NCBI GenBank assembly: GCA_973895155.1 | Contig: OZ316892.1 | Coordinates: 9,218,283-9,282,282, forward strand | DNA: 64,000 nucleotides | Source: Marsupella aquatica | Lineage: Eukaryota > Plantae > Marchantiophyta | Direction: 5' to 3' | Part shown: in pieces, positions 54,801 to 64,000 of the stretch | Numbering within the stretch: position 1 is the stretch's first letter | Layout: each line of letters opens with the position of its first letter | Made by a program: the position numbers and the translations under genes | Notes under the pieces: generated by a model | What the model was told of the DNA's origin: nothing | Databases searched by the model: none | Seen by the model: only the letters and a program-made list of their open reading frames with translations

Positions 54801-54923
54801 GAGAGTGAGGAAGACATTCCTCAGGCCGGAGAGGATAGCGTGGTTGACGATGCCACAATTGTTCCAGAATTGACGACAGGGACTTCCGGAACCGAGGAAG
54901 GGGAAGCGGTCCCTTTGGATTAG
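51862..54923 (+). CDS. ParB-like domain fused to a beta-class N6A/N4C DNA methyltransferase; exons 51862-53691, 53782-54257 and 54362-54923 (955 aa)
   Basis: ParB-like QVR..., YYVIGGNHSACA and LAWSHN. MTase motif IV LALVDIPYG (54046-54057), WVKDN created by splicing, YQKPRALL, motif I VLDICSGSGTG and GRHCVAIEID. Acidic tail. No stops. Confidence 0.88.
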
Positions 54924-55243
54924 ACTAGATAAATAGAGGGACTCGTAGCATTTGAAACCACTTGGGCTTAAGTTGGGTTATATTTTGTAAAACTTTGAGT
55001 TTGACTTAAACTCTGATCGATGAGTTTGATTTTGATTACTTTTATAAAGTGCATATTTCAAGGTTTATACAATTGTGAGAATATCATATAAGATATGCTT
55101 AGATTTTGGTGGTAAAATTCTCTTGAGTCTAGTTTGGAAAATACATACCATTTTTTGGTGGTTTTTTGGTATACACTTTTTAATATCATGAAGATTTTGA
55201 AAAGAGAAATAAGGCTTTGGACTCATCCCTTAAGGCTTCTTGT

Positions 55244-55471
55244 TACAAACTCATCCAATTCTTTTATTGAGAAATTTCCTGCATTAGCCGAGGAATTAAA
55301 AGACTCCTTGATCCGAGGCCATATCAATTCCGCGACAATAAAATCTGGAAGTCCAGGTAGTAGTGTTTCAACAAATACCGAATATCCCGCCAGTAGACCA
55401 TCTTGGCTTCTATCCAAAACGTCAAATATTAGGCATAGATATCTGAAGCTCTCTAGACCAGGTTCGCCCAT
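55244..55471 (-). pseudogene. N-terminal half of F-box-like paralog 1
   Basis: LLPGLPDFIVAELIWPRIKESF...ELDEFV, cut exactly at the transposon terminus. Confidence 0.8.
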
Positions 55472-55512
55472 GACTTTTTTCAGCCAAATGATATATCCCA
55501 AAGATTATTTTC

Positions 55513-56710
55513 ACGCGACTGGTCGCGTCTACAAATCAGAATGTATAAACAATTCTTTGAGACTGTGATTTTTTTGGGTCACAACGTGACAAATCATAAA
55601 TGTTGCTTCGTCCTCTAACAGAACCAGTCAATGAGAGAGCTACCTCAGACGCGATTGGTTGCGTTACCTAATCCTAAATGGAACGGTACCTCCTCTAACA
55701 AAACCAGTCAATGAGAGATCTACCTCAGACGCGACTGGTCGCGTCAACTGATCCTAAATGAAACCTTACCTCCTCTAACAGAACCAGTCAATGAGAGATC
55801 TACCTCAGACGCGACTAGTCGCGTCAACTGGTCCTAAAATGAACCTTACCTCCTCTAACAAAACCAGTCAATGAGAGAGCTACCTCAGACATGACTGGTC
55901 GCGTCAACTGAACCTAAACAACTATATCCACTAAACCTTCCTTGTGGAGATTTGGATATGGTACGCGCTCAATAAATCTATCCAGTTTCCTTCTCACACG
56001 CGACTGGTCGCGTCAACTGGTCCTAAAAGGAACCTTACCTCCTCTAACAGAACCAGTCAATGAGAGAGCTACATCAGACACGACTGGTCGCGTCAACTGA
56101 ACCTAAACAACTATATCCACTGAACCTTCCTTGTGGAGATTTGGATATGGTACGCGCTTAGTAAATCTATCCAGTTTCCTTCTCACACGCGACTCGTCAC
56201 ATCAACTGGTCCTAAAAGGAACCTTACCTCCTCTAACAAAACCAGTCAATGAGAGAGCTACCTCAGACGCGACTGGTCGCGTCAACTGAACCTAAACAAC
56301 TATATCCACTGAACCTTCCTTGTGGAGATTTGGATATGGTACGCGCTCAGTAAATCTATCCAGTTTCCTTCTCACACGCGACTGGTCGCGTCAACTGGTC
56401 CTAAAAGGAACCTTACCTCCTCTAACAAAACCAGTCAATGAGAGAGCTACCTCAGACGCGACTGGTCGCGTCAACTGAACCTAAACAACTATATCCACTG
56501 AACCTTCCTTGTGGAGATTTGGATATGGTACGCGCTCAATAAATCTATCTAGTTTCCTTCTCACACGCGACTGGTTGCGTCAACTGGTCCTAAAATGAAC
56601 CTTACCTCCTCTAACAAAACCGGTCAATGAGAGAGCTACCTAAGACGCGACTGGTCGCGTCAACTGATCCTAAATGGAACCTCACAATCTTTTCACGCGA
56701 CTGGTCGCGT
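55513..56710. repeat. Tandem array of 80-bp units and 189-bp (109+80) higher-order units, with 14 copies of the ACGCGACTGGTCGCGT palindrome
   Basis: Palindrome copies start at 55513, 55649, 55729, 55809, 55889, 55998, 56078, 56187, 56267, 56376, 56456, 56565, 56645 and 56695. Confidence 0.95.
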
Positions 56711-58021
56711 CAACAGCTCAAACAACTTTTGGATAATAGGATAATACAGTGATACAGTGATACAACTGTGATTACTGACCCGTACGGACAAGGAAATCCG
56801 AGTAAGCATGATTTCATTCATTTGTATTCATTCATGAACTTTACAATAATTCAGATGTTTGAGCTCTGTCATTGTGAAACTATTATATATCAGAAGTTTA
56901 GAGAATGATCCAGCTAAGATGATTCAATTTAGCAGTCTACTAGTTATATTCGTCAATTAAAGGATTCAGTGTAATGAGATTCACATAACATGAGAGTTTA
57001 TATGATTAAATTCACAGCGTGCAAGTTTGTAATGACTTACTTAAGACGATTCAGGTTGTATTTTAATTAGTGAGTTTGTATGATTCAGACATATTTGAGT
57101 TTACAAACAAACCGCATTATGAAAACTCAGCTCAACAATCAAGAGAAATTTTAGCAAACAACAATCAACACCAACAGAAAATGTAGAAATTGCACCTGAA
57201 TTCTGAAAAATTGATGTAATCGTCTGAGAGATTGACATCCAAGCACTTGAAGACCTTGCTGCGGCATTCCAGAAAGTAAATATAAGATTGAAGATATTAA
57301 TATGCTAAGCAACAACAACACAACTTCTATACTTCTATACATAAAGCTTCGCTGCCACCAATTGAATAACATGTGCTTAATGCTAAGGAACTCATTATGT
57401 CGAGTTAAAAAGACTCTTTCAGAAGTACAATCACTAGTAGAAAACAATGTATTTTATGACGGAAACAATGACTATTAATCAGGTCTTTTTAACAAAACAA
57501 TGACGCAATCGTTCTTGTCTTTCCAGACGCGTCACAACGGACATTTTGGTCACGGTCCTTTTGGACAAATGACGCTAAAAACATGTGGTCATTTCATACT
57601 ATCCTAAATGACGGTTTTTATGATATGGTCATAAATGCTGAACGGTCCAAAATGACGACACAAATCACCATCGATGGTCAATTGCCGTTGACCGTCGACG
57701 GTCCCCGTACCCAATCACACAATGACACGTGGCCATCAAAAAGCAAATAACATTGGTCATTTTGGACTTGTCCAAAATGATGTACATTATATAACAAATC
57801 AAATAGTGACACATGGTTCAAAGAGGATTCACCATTTGGCAATATATTTGGGTCATTTTGGACGTGTCCAAAATGACTACGATATAAACAAGTCATATTA
57901 AGACACGTGGTTCAATTAGGAGGAGACACATAAAGATACACATTAGTCATTAATGACATGTCTTGAATGACATAAAATGAGTCATAGTGGACTTGTTTAT
58001 AATGACCATGAGACATATACA

Positions 58022-59764
58022 ATGACCCGGAGGTCCCATCGGTGGTCTTGGTCCCGGTCGATTAAATGAGGATGATCCTGCTGTTTTTTGCTGAGTCCAT
58101 GCAGTTGGTCCTGCAGCTGGAGGGAAGTATTGCCCTGCGAATGGTGCCTGGACTGCATAGATATCTCCATAATCTATCAACTCTTCCTCCTCTCCATAAT
58201 TGACAGCTCGTTGTAATGTGGGGCACTCGTGGTGGTAGTGTCCTTGATTATTGCAGCGTGTGCACCAAACATTATTTCGAATGGCAGGTGGCAATTTTCT
58301 AGTTGGTTTATAGATGGCCGCATTCACCGAGAGTTTGTTTAACTTACTAGTCAAGGAATCCATCATTTTATCCAAGGTTTTAGCCTTCTGGGGTACCGAG
58401 CTTTTCTGCATCCTTTTTGGCTTAGAGTCCACATTGTCAGAACTTGAACTGCTACTTGAACTGCTACTGGAGCTTGAGTCAGAACTTATTCCCTCAGTAC
58501 TGGTGGTATCACTATCATCAGACTCTGAGCTTGATGAAGACTTCGTCTTTTTCTTTTTCTCTTTCTTTTTGCCCTTTTTCAAGTCCTTCTTGACTCGTTT
58601 CTTCTTAGAGACTTCAGAGTCCACATATTTTTGGGCTGCTTCCTGTGCCTCTTCAAAAGTTGTACCACCTTCCCTTCTCACATATCTTGCAATTCGGGAG
58701 GGAAGTCCGTTGATAAACCAATCTCTCGTGGTAGATTTAGCTGTATTGGGATTGTATTTGTCCACCAGGTCCAATAATTTATCTGCATACTTCCTGACTG
58801 ATCCATGCTTCTTCATGGTGAGTTGAGAAATTCTGGCAAAGGCTCTTGCCTCAACACCATCCTCCTTATACTTGTCCAGAAAGCCGATCTTCGTTTTTCC
58901 CCAATCATTCTTGTCTGGGAATCGATCATACCATTTTTGGGCGTTTTTCTTCAACAAGCCTCCGAAAATTGTGGCTTTTTCAGCATCTTGGGTTTGCCCA
59001 TTTGAGGTGGCTGCAGCTTCAAATTCCTTCAAAAAGGTTTCAGCATCCTCCTTGGATGTTCCCTTAAAGGTATCATAGCGAATATTGTTTCGAGCCATTT
59101 GAGTTCTCCTTACAGGAACCGGGATTAAATTGATTGGAGGAGTGGCCCTCAAAGATTGTGAACTAATGCTGGTGACTGATCCTTGAGACGTCAATGGTGA
59201 AATTGAATTTAAGGAATTGGGAGTGCTTATCGTGCTAAGGCTGCTGCTAGCACTTCCATAACCAAGCGAGGGAGGTATCTCTGTAAATTTTGCAGATTCT
59301 CCAATGGGCGTTCTCTGAAGTGAAGGTGAGTCAGAATTAAATTTTAAAGATTCAATTTGCTGAATTCCTCCTCCAATTATACTTTCATGCCTTGTATTGG
59401 TAATCTTTTCTGTTCCTATTATCTGCAATGCAAGTGTACCCTCATATTCATCCAAGCTTTGCGTTCTTCTTAACGGTTAGACAATGTCAACTCCTTTCTT
59501 ACTAGGCTTGGGTGGAATGTATTGCACATCTCTGGAGCGTAATTTATAAATTACAGGTCGACTTGTTGTTGGATTCTGTACTGTTCCCTCTGTTTCACTT
59601 TGCTGGATCAGGGTGACTCGCTCTGCTACACTTCCAGGTGTCGGATAATCCGGTGATTGGAAATCCGGCAGTAATTCTCTCGGGTTAAGTGGGTCTTGAG
59701 AGGCTTCTGCTTTTGCTTTTTCTTCTCGTTTTGTTCTCCAACCTCGTTTCCCTTTATCAGACAT
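58022..59764 (-). pseudogene. Ty3/gypsy gag, one in-frame TAA (59477-59479), truncated near 58021
   Basis: Retrotrans_gag-like FKGTSKEDAETFLKEFE, AQKWYD and WFINGLP, plus zinc knuckle CTRCNNQGHYHHEC. The 59477-59797 and 57950-59455 ORFs are one frame. No pol in the window. Confidence 0.88.
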
Positions 59765-60510
59765 CCCACATTCTGAAAATCGACACTCTTCTGGCACGAG
59801 TTTATGGTGTCGGGTTGACCCTTAGTCTTTCTTGAACCGTCTCCCCTAGCAGGAACAATCGCGTCCCTTGGTATCGTGCCTTTTCCGTTGGGGTCTTATG
59901 GGCGGTATGTCCAAACAGTCAGAAGACTCAGTCGCAGGTCGAAGTGACGCAACCTCGACTCGTAACTCCTCAACCTCAAAAACGTCAACCCGTCAACTCG
60001 TAAACACGTAAAGTCGTAGGGACGTAAAGGCGTAAAGGCATAACCGTAAAGTCGTAACTCCGTAGAGTCATAAACCCGTAACGTTTGACCTATAATGGTG
60101 TCTCCTCATATTACGGTGGTGCCCCTTGGAAAGTGTCTCTCCCCTGATTGGTTTACAACCAACTTTGGCTCGTCCTTCCTTATCCGAGTCTTCTATTTTG
60201 ATTTTGCAATATTATTCTAACTAATTCTTGTATGGAGATAATGATATACTCTCCAATAATTCTACCATTCAACTTCAAAATAACCAAATGCAAAACTCCT
60301 CCTTACCACCAGGCAATACTTAACCAATGAACACCCCTCCTTCCTCTTAGTGACAGTACCCATGTTTGAACATACCGATTATGCAAATTCCTTACTCTCA
60401 AAGTGCCTAAAGACCTGATAGGAGGCATTTCAATTATTTCACCAAATTGCTTATTCAAAGTTGGAATCAAAGTTTTAATTTGGGGGAATACCCTCTTCTG
60501 TTGTCCTCTT

Positions 60511-61371
60511 TTATGCTGAGATCCGGTAGTTATTCAACAAATTTTCTAGAGTGTCCAGGGCATCCACCCAAGGGTGTTCAACAATGTGTAATTTTTCCAG
60601 CACCTCCTTGATTCTCAGCTCTTCTTCTCTAGTAACCCAGTTACTAATTTGACCATTCTTGCTTATTAAAAATTCTAAATCATGTTCTTCCTTAATGGGC
60701 TGCAACTTATATTCCTCATCATCGATCCAAACTCTCTTAAAGACTATTACATCAGTCAATTTAGAACATTGAGGGAGGGTGGAGGTCCATTTAAAGGATG
60801 CCCTTTCTGTACTTAAATCCCTCCATTTTAACAAAGCCCATCCACTTCTGGCCTGCCATTTACAAGTGTCAACCAGCTCCCTTCTATTGGAGGTCATAAC
60901 CGGTCTTTCCTCCCGAAGTATTAAATTGGGATTATCTTGATAAAACTCCGTTAAAACATAATCAAGTTGGTTCCTCCATAAGGGATCCCCTTTTAATCTT
61001 GCCAATGCTCTCTTTAATTGATACTCAAGTTCCTCCTCCAATATTTCCTCCTTAATGTCATGTTCTTTTAGTAATGGGGGAATAAAATTGGCATCAAATT
61101 CATCATCTTGAGTGGCTTCAATCAGTTCCAGTCTTCCATCTATGGCTCTTCTGAAAATAAACACACAATCATACAGAATATTGGTGTCCCATGAGTCAAC
61201 CTTCACCAATTCGCCACCCCAAAAGTAACTTCCTCCTCTTTGGTTGGACGCTTGCCTTCTCAAAATAGTTGTTCTATCTCGTGCAGTGGCACTGATAATC
61301 GTGTGGGTTTGATTATCCCTAGACCTAATTAAGGCTCTTTCTCTTTTCTGAGGTCTGCTTTTCCTCACCAT
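60511..61371 (-). CDS. Extra ORF of unknown function between the PBS and gag (286 aa)
   Basis: Open ATG-initiated ORF, co-oriented with gag, 290 bp downstream of the PBS. Confidence 0.6.
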   Translation of the reverse strand: MVRKSRPQKRERALIRSRDNQTHTIISATARDRTTILRRQASNQRGGSYFWGGELVKVDSWDTNILYDCVFIFRRAIDGRLELIEATQDDEFDANFIPPLLKEHDIKEEILEEELEYQLKRALARLKGDPLWRNQLDYVLTEFYQDNPNLILREERPVMTSNRRELVDTCKWQARSGWALLKWRDLSTERASFKWTSTLPQCSKLTDVIVFKRVWIDDEEYKLQPIKEEHDLEFLISKNGQISNWVTREEELRIKEVLEKLHIVEHPWVDALDTLENLLNNYRISA

Positions 61372-61662
61372 CTCTTGCTTGGAAAGGATATTCCCCTACT
61401 AAGCACCACTTAATCTTTCCTTCTTGGCCTTAGCTCTCCTCTTTCTTTCCAAAATTGTGGCAGGATTTTCTCCTCCAACTCTCTCTCTAAATGCCTCTGG
61501 TGCATTTTCCACCGTATAAGGTCGAATTTCTAACCTTGGAATTGCCCATTCTCCAATAGGTTCCATAGTGGCAATCACCCTTATTTTTATTCCATCACTT
61601 TTACTGAATTAAAACCTTCTTTTGGCATTCACTGCCTGTACTTCAAACCTTCCTTGATTTGT

Positions 61663-61680
61663 TCCCCGGCAGCGGCGCCA
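61663..61680 (-). promoter_or_regulatory. Primer binding site, tRNA-Asp type (Athila-like)
   Basis: The minus strand reads TGGCGCCGCTGCCGGGGA, one mismatch from the Athila-type PBS TGGCGCCGTTGCCGGGGA. Confidence 0.88.
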
Positions 61681-62856
61681 AAAATCTCATGTAGTTTGCT
61701 ATGAAGAACCAAAAACACACTTAAAGGTCTTCAAACTCGGTATTCGTTCCCATAAGGAACAAGATGGGGTTGGTTTGATAGATTTAAACAATAATAAAGA
61801 ACTAAAAATGTTTTTCACACATAGTAATCAAGTTTGATTACTTTAATAAGGTATTTTGAAGATCGCTCCACAGCGGTGAGTAATTTTCAATGATAACTCA
61901 GCATCAGGTAACCATAAATTAATGAAAAGGAAATGATTAACAAAACACAAGGAAAAATATCTTAAAGTATGCTAAGGGAGTTTGGAATAGACCAAGGTTA
62001 CTCCTTAGACATAAGTCAAAATGAAAAGACTTAAGGATTCAAATCCACGTTTGCTTTTCAGATCTAAAATGCTTACTAGAGTACCTTTTAAAATGCCGTA
62101 AACATGTCTTATCCTTTCTTTCTAAGTGGTACTCAGTTAAAATCTAAAAGGTAGCTACTTCAACATTTAGATGGTACTAAGCAACATGAAAGAAAATCCA
62201 TCAATTTCAAATAAGACTTAAACTCAGTGAGTTAACTTCAAGAACTCAAGAGATTGCAATGAATCACCAAAAAGGAATCTATCATTACAACTCAAAAGAT
62301 TTGCACAAAAGGAATTTTACTTCCTGTGTTTATAATCATAGGTAAAAACACAAGAAGGAGGTAAGTCTCTCCAAATGTTAAACCTGATCTCGAACTCATA
62401 GATTCATGATCAACTAGTTTAACACAAGGAAAAGGCAAAAATGCATAACTTAACCATAAACTACACTAGTGGTGGAGGGGTCTTATAGTAAAAACCTACA
62501 GGGTAAGAGGTCATAGGGTCGAAGAGACATGCCTCTTCATACTCCTCAAAAAGTCAAAACAGTGATTCAGTAAGTGAAAAGCCGAGAAATGGCTAAGTAA
62601 GAACCCGTAAAAGCGTAAAAGCGTAAAGACGTAAACTCGTAAAAGCATAAAAACGTAAAGGCGTAATCCGGTAAATGCGGTAGACTTAAAGACTTACCAA
62701 ATTCAACTATTTTTAACTTTCTACTCCTGGCTCGGAAAATTCTGAAATTTTGCCAGTGAGTTTCTCTACGTATAGACTATGTACTAAAGGAGTTTCATAG
62801 CTTTTAAAGCTCTAGAACACATTTTGAAAAATAGGGAAAGATGCACTACTCTTAAA

Positions 62857-64000
62857 ACTAATTAAAACACTTAGATTCTGCCTCAAGCTTGTTGTCGGAT
62901 GTTGTCTGGTTCGAGTAGCTCCACTGCTGTGACAGTTCGATTCTGTGTAACTTCCATCAGCTCAGCTTGGCGTGAGGATCCTCGAGAGTAGGGTAGGCAT
63001 CTCAATTGCCTTTCAGGATACATCAGGGGCATTCTTCTCCTTCTATTCAAAGAGCTTCTCTATATATCCCAATCACGTCATAATTATTGCAAGTAGCAGC
63101 ATATACTTGAGGATAATGGTATAGAAATTCATCAGAGTTCAGCATCCTAGAATAGAAAGGGTGAAGCCTCCATTTGACATCTCTGAAATACCGGTTGAAG
63201 TTGGCTAGAGTTTGAGAGGTGACATTGTTCCAGATCCTCTGTTTCTCAGCTAATGAACTAGTTGAAACAAGGGTAACCTTGGGCTCTCGAGGAAGGTAAG
63301 CGTTCTGGGGAGAAGTAGATTTCTTACTCTGCATGAGAAAAGAAATCACAAAATCTAGGGCATAAGCTGCTAAATTTCCAAAATAGGCTAGGGCTAAATC
63401 TGGATCCTCCACTTCTACATCACCCTGAAGTAGCATCACAGCAAGAATGAGTCGGAAGTAGAGAGAGTCAGTCCAGAACTCGTCGAATTGTGCCATCTCC
63501 ACTCTGGAAGTTCCAAAACACCTGAGGTCGAAGATATAACTGGCCTCTGTCTTCTTGAGATAGTAGTATTTCCAAAATTCTCCAACCAGTGGTCTGTTGG
63601 CCTGCATAATCTTACAGGTCTCCACATACCTGTGCACTTGGGACTCTGGATGTCTCGGGTATCTACTCTCGATGGTGGCATTCCGAGGTGTTTGAGTAGA
63701 TGAGGTGACAACTGCTACTAAGTTTGGATGGGATCTTAAGGCAGTATCAACATCTTCAAATCCCTGCCTTGGGGATGACTCAAGAGAATTATCATAAGAT
63801 CTATAAGTTTCACCATCTGAGGGTGGATCGGAGTCTTCAGGTATATCCTCTCTGACGTAAGGGTGTTCATATTGTGTCCGATTGTAGGTGGGTCCTTCTG
63901 TGGGTTTGTAGTTGGAATCAGGGCTGTAGGGTTGCGAACCTGGGCTAGGAGTGGGACTAGCAGTTGGACATTGTTGGATCAAGTTGCGGACCACAGATGC
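62857..64000 (-). pseudogene. Unknown ORF running off the window end, with several in-frame TGA near its 3' end
   Basis: 315 open codons (63047-63994). The frame continues through four TGA codons to a TAG at about 62857. Confidence 0.55.

Larger units (their letters stand above)
47127..55243. mobile_element. Complete 8117-bp TIR DNA transposon (DUF7869/Sola-like) carrying a ParB-like/DNA amino-methyltransferase gene
   Basis: Left end ACAAGAAGCCTTAAATGATGAGT versus right end reverse complement ACAAGAAGCCTTAAGGGATGAGT (first 14 identical, 21/23 overall). TACAAA is duplicated at 47121-47126 and 55244-55249. The empty site restores the host ORF. Confidence 0.93.
58022..64000 (-). mobile_element. 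5' part of a non-chromovirus Ty3/gypsy LTR retrotransposon (LTR, PBS, extra ORF, gag)
   Basis: PBS followed by gag. Non-coding LTR-like sequence from about 61685 upward; the LTR start was not located. Confidence 0.75.

Noticed and set aside
51862-54923. Bacterial contamination or a restriction-modification locus
   Set aside because: The gene has two in-phase spliceosomal introns, lies inside a TIR element within plant DNA, and has no nuclease partner.
55513-56710. CRISPR array (palindromic repeats at regular spacing)
   Set aside because: The spacers are near-identical repeats, there are no cas genes, and the context is eukaryotic.
56755-56770. tRNA-Met PBS (minus strand GTTGTATCA) after a putative LTR
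   Set aside because: Poor match to TGGTATCAGAGC, part of a GATACAGT microrepeat, and the downstream genes keep sense-strand introns.
33749-57555. Outer-element TIR pair CCGTGACCAAA (33751) / TTTGGTCACGG (57545)
   Set aside because: Only 11 bp match, in TGAC-rich DNA, and no TSD was found. The hairpin at 33753-33774 is real but unassigned.

Overview
Eukaryotic, intron-rich land-plant DNA; a non-seed plant such as a liverwort is my inference, not proven. 1-14 kb holds two intact housekeeping genes, TFIIB (7 exons) and ALDH7B (14 exons). 14-36 kb is MITE- and repeat-rich and has an inverted duplication carrying two 141-aa secreted SPH-like genes. 36-64 kb is a nest of mobile DNA. The main result is an 8.1-kb TIR DNA transposon (47127-55243) with terminal inverted repeats and a duplicated target site. 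It encodes a DUF7869/Sola-like DDE transposase and, divergently, an intact spliced 955-aa protein that fuses a ParB-like domain to a bacterial-type beta-class DNA amino-methyltransferase (DIPY...DICSGSGT). Removing the element restores the reading frame of the F-box-like gene it interrupts. That gene lies in an older, decayed element that also carries a giant paralogous gene (ParB-like, degenerate MTase, acidic/coiled-coil repeats, Ulp1 protease, 3 FCP1-like domains). This older element is marked by a 16-bp palindrome (ACGCG-N6-CGCGT) in its introns and spacers and in a 14-copy tandem array. The right end is a truncated Ty3/gypsy element with a tRNA-Asp PBS. All assignments come from reading motifs by eye; no searches were run.
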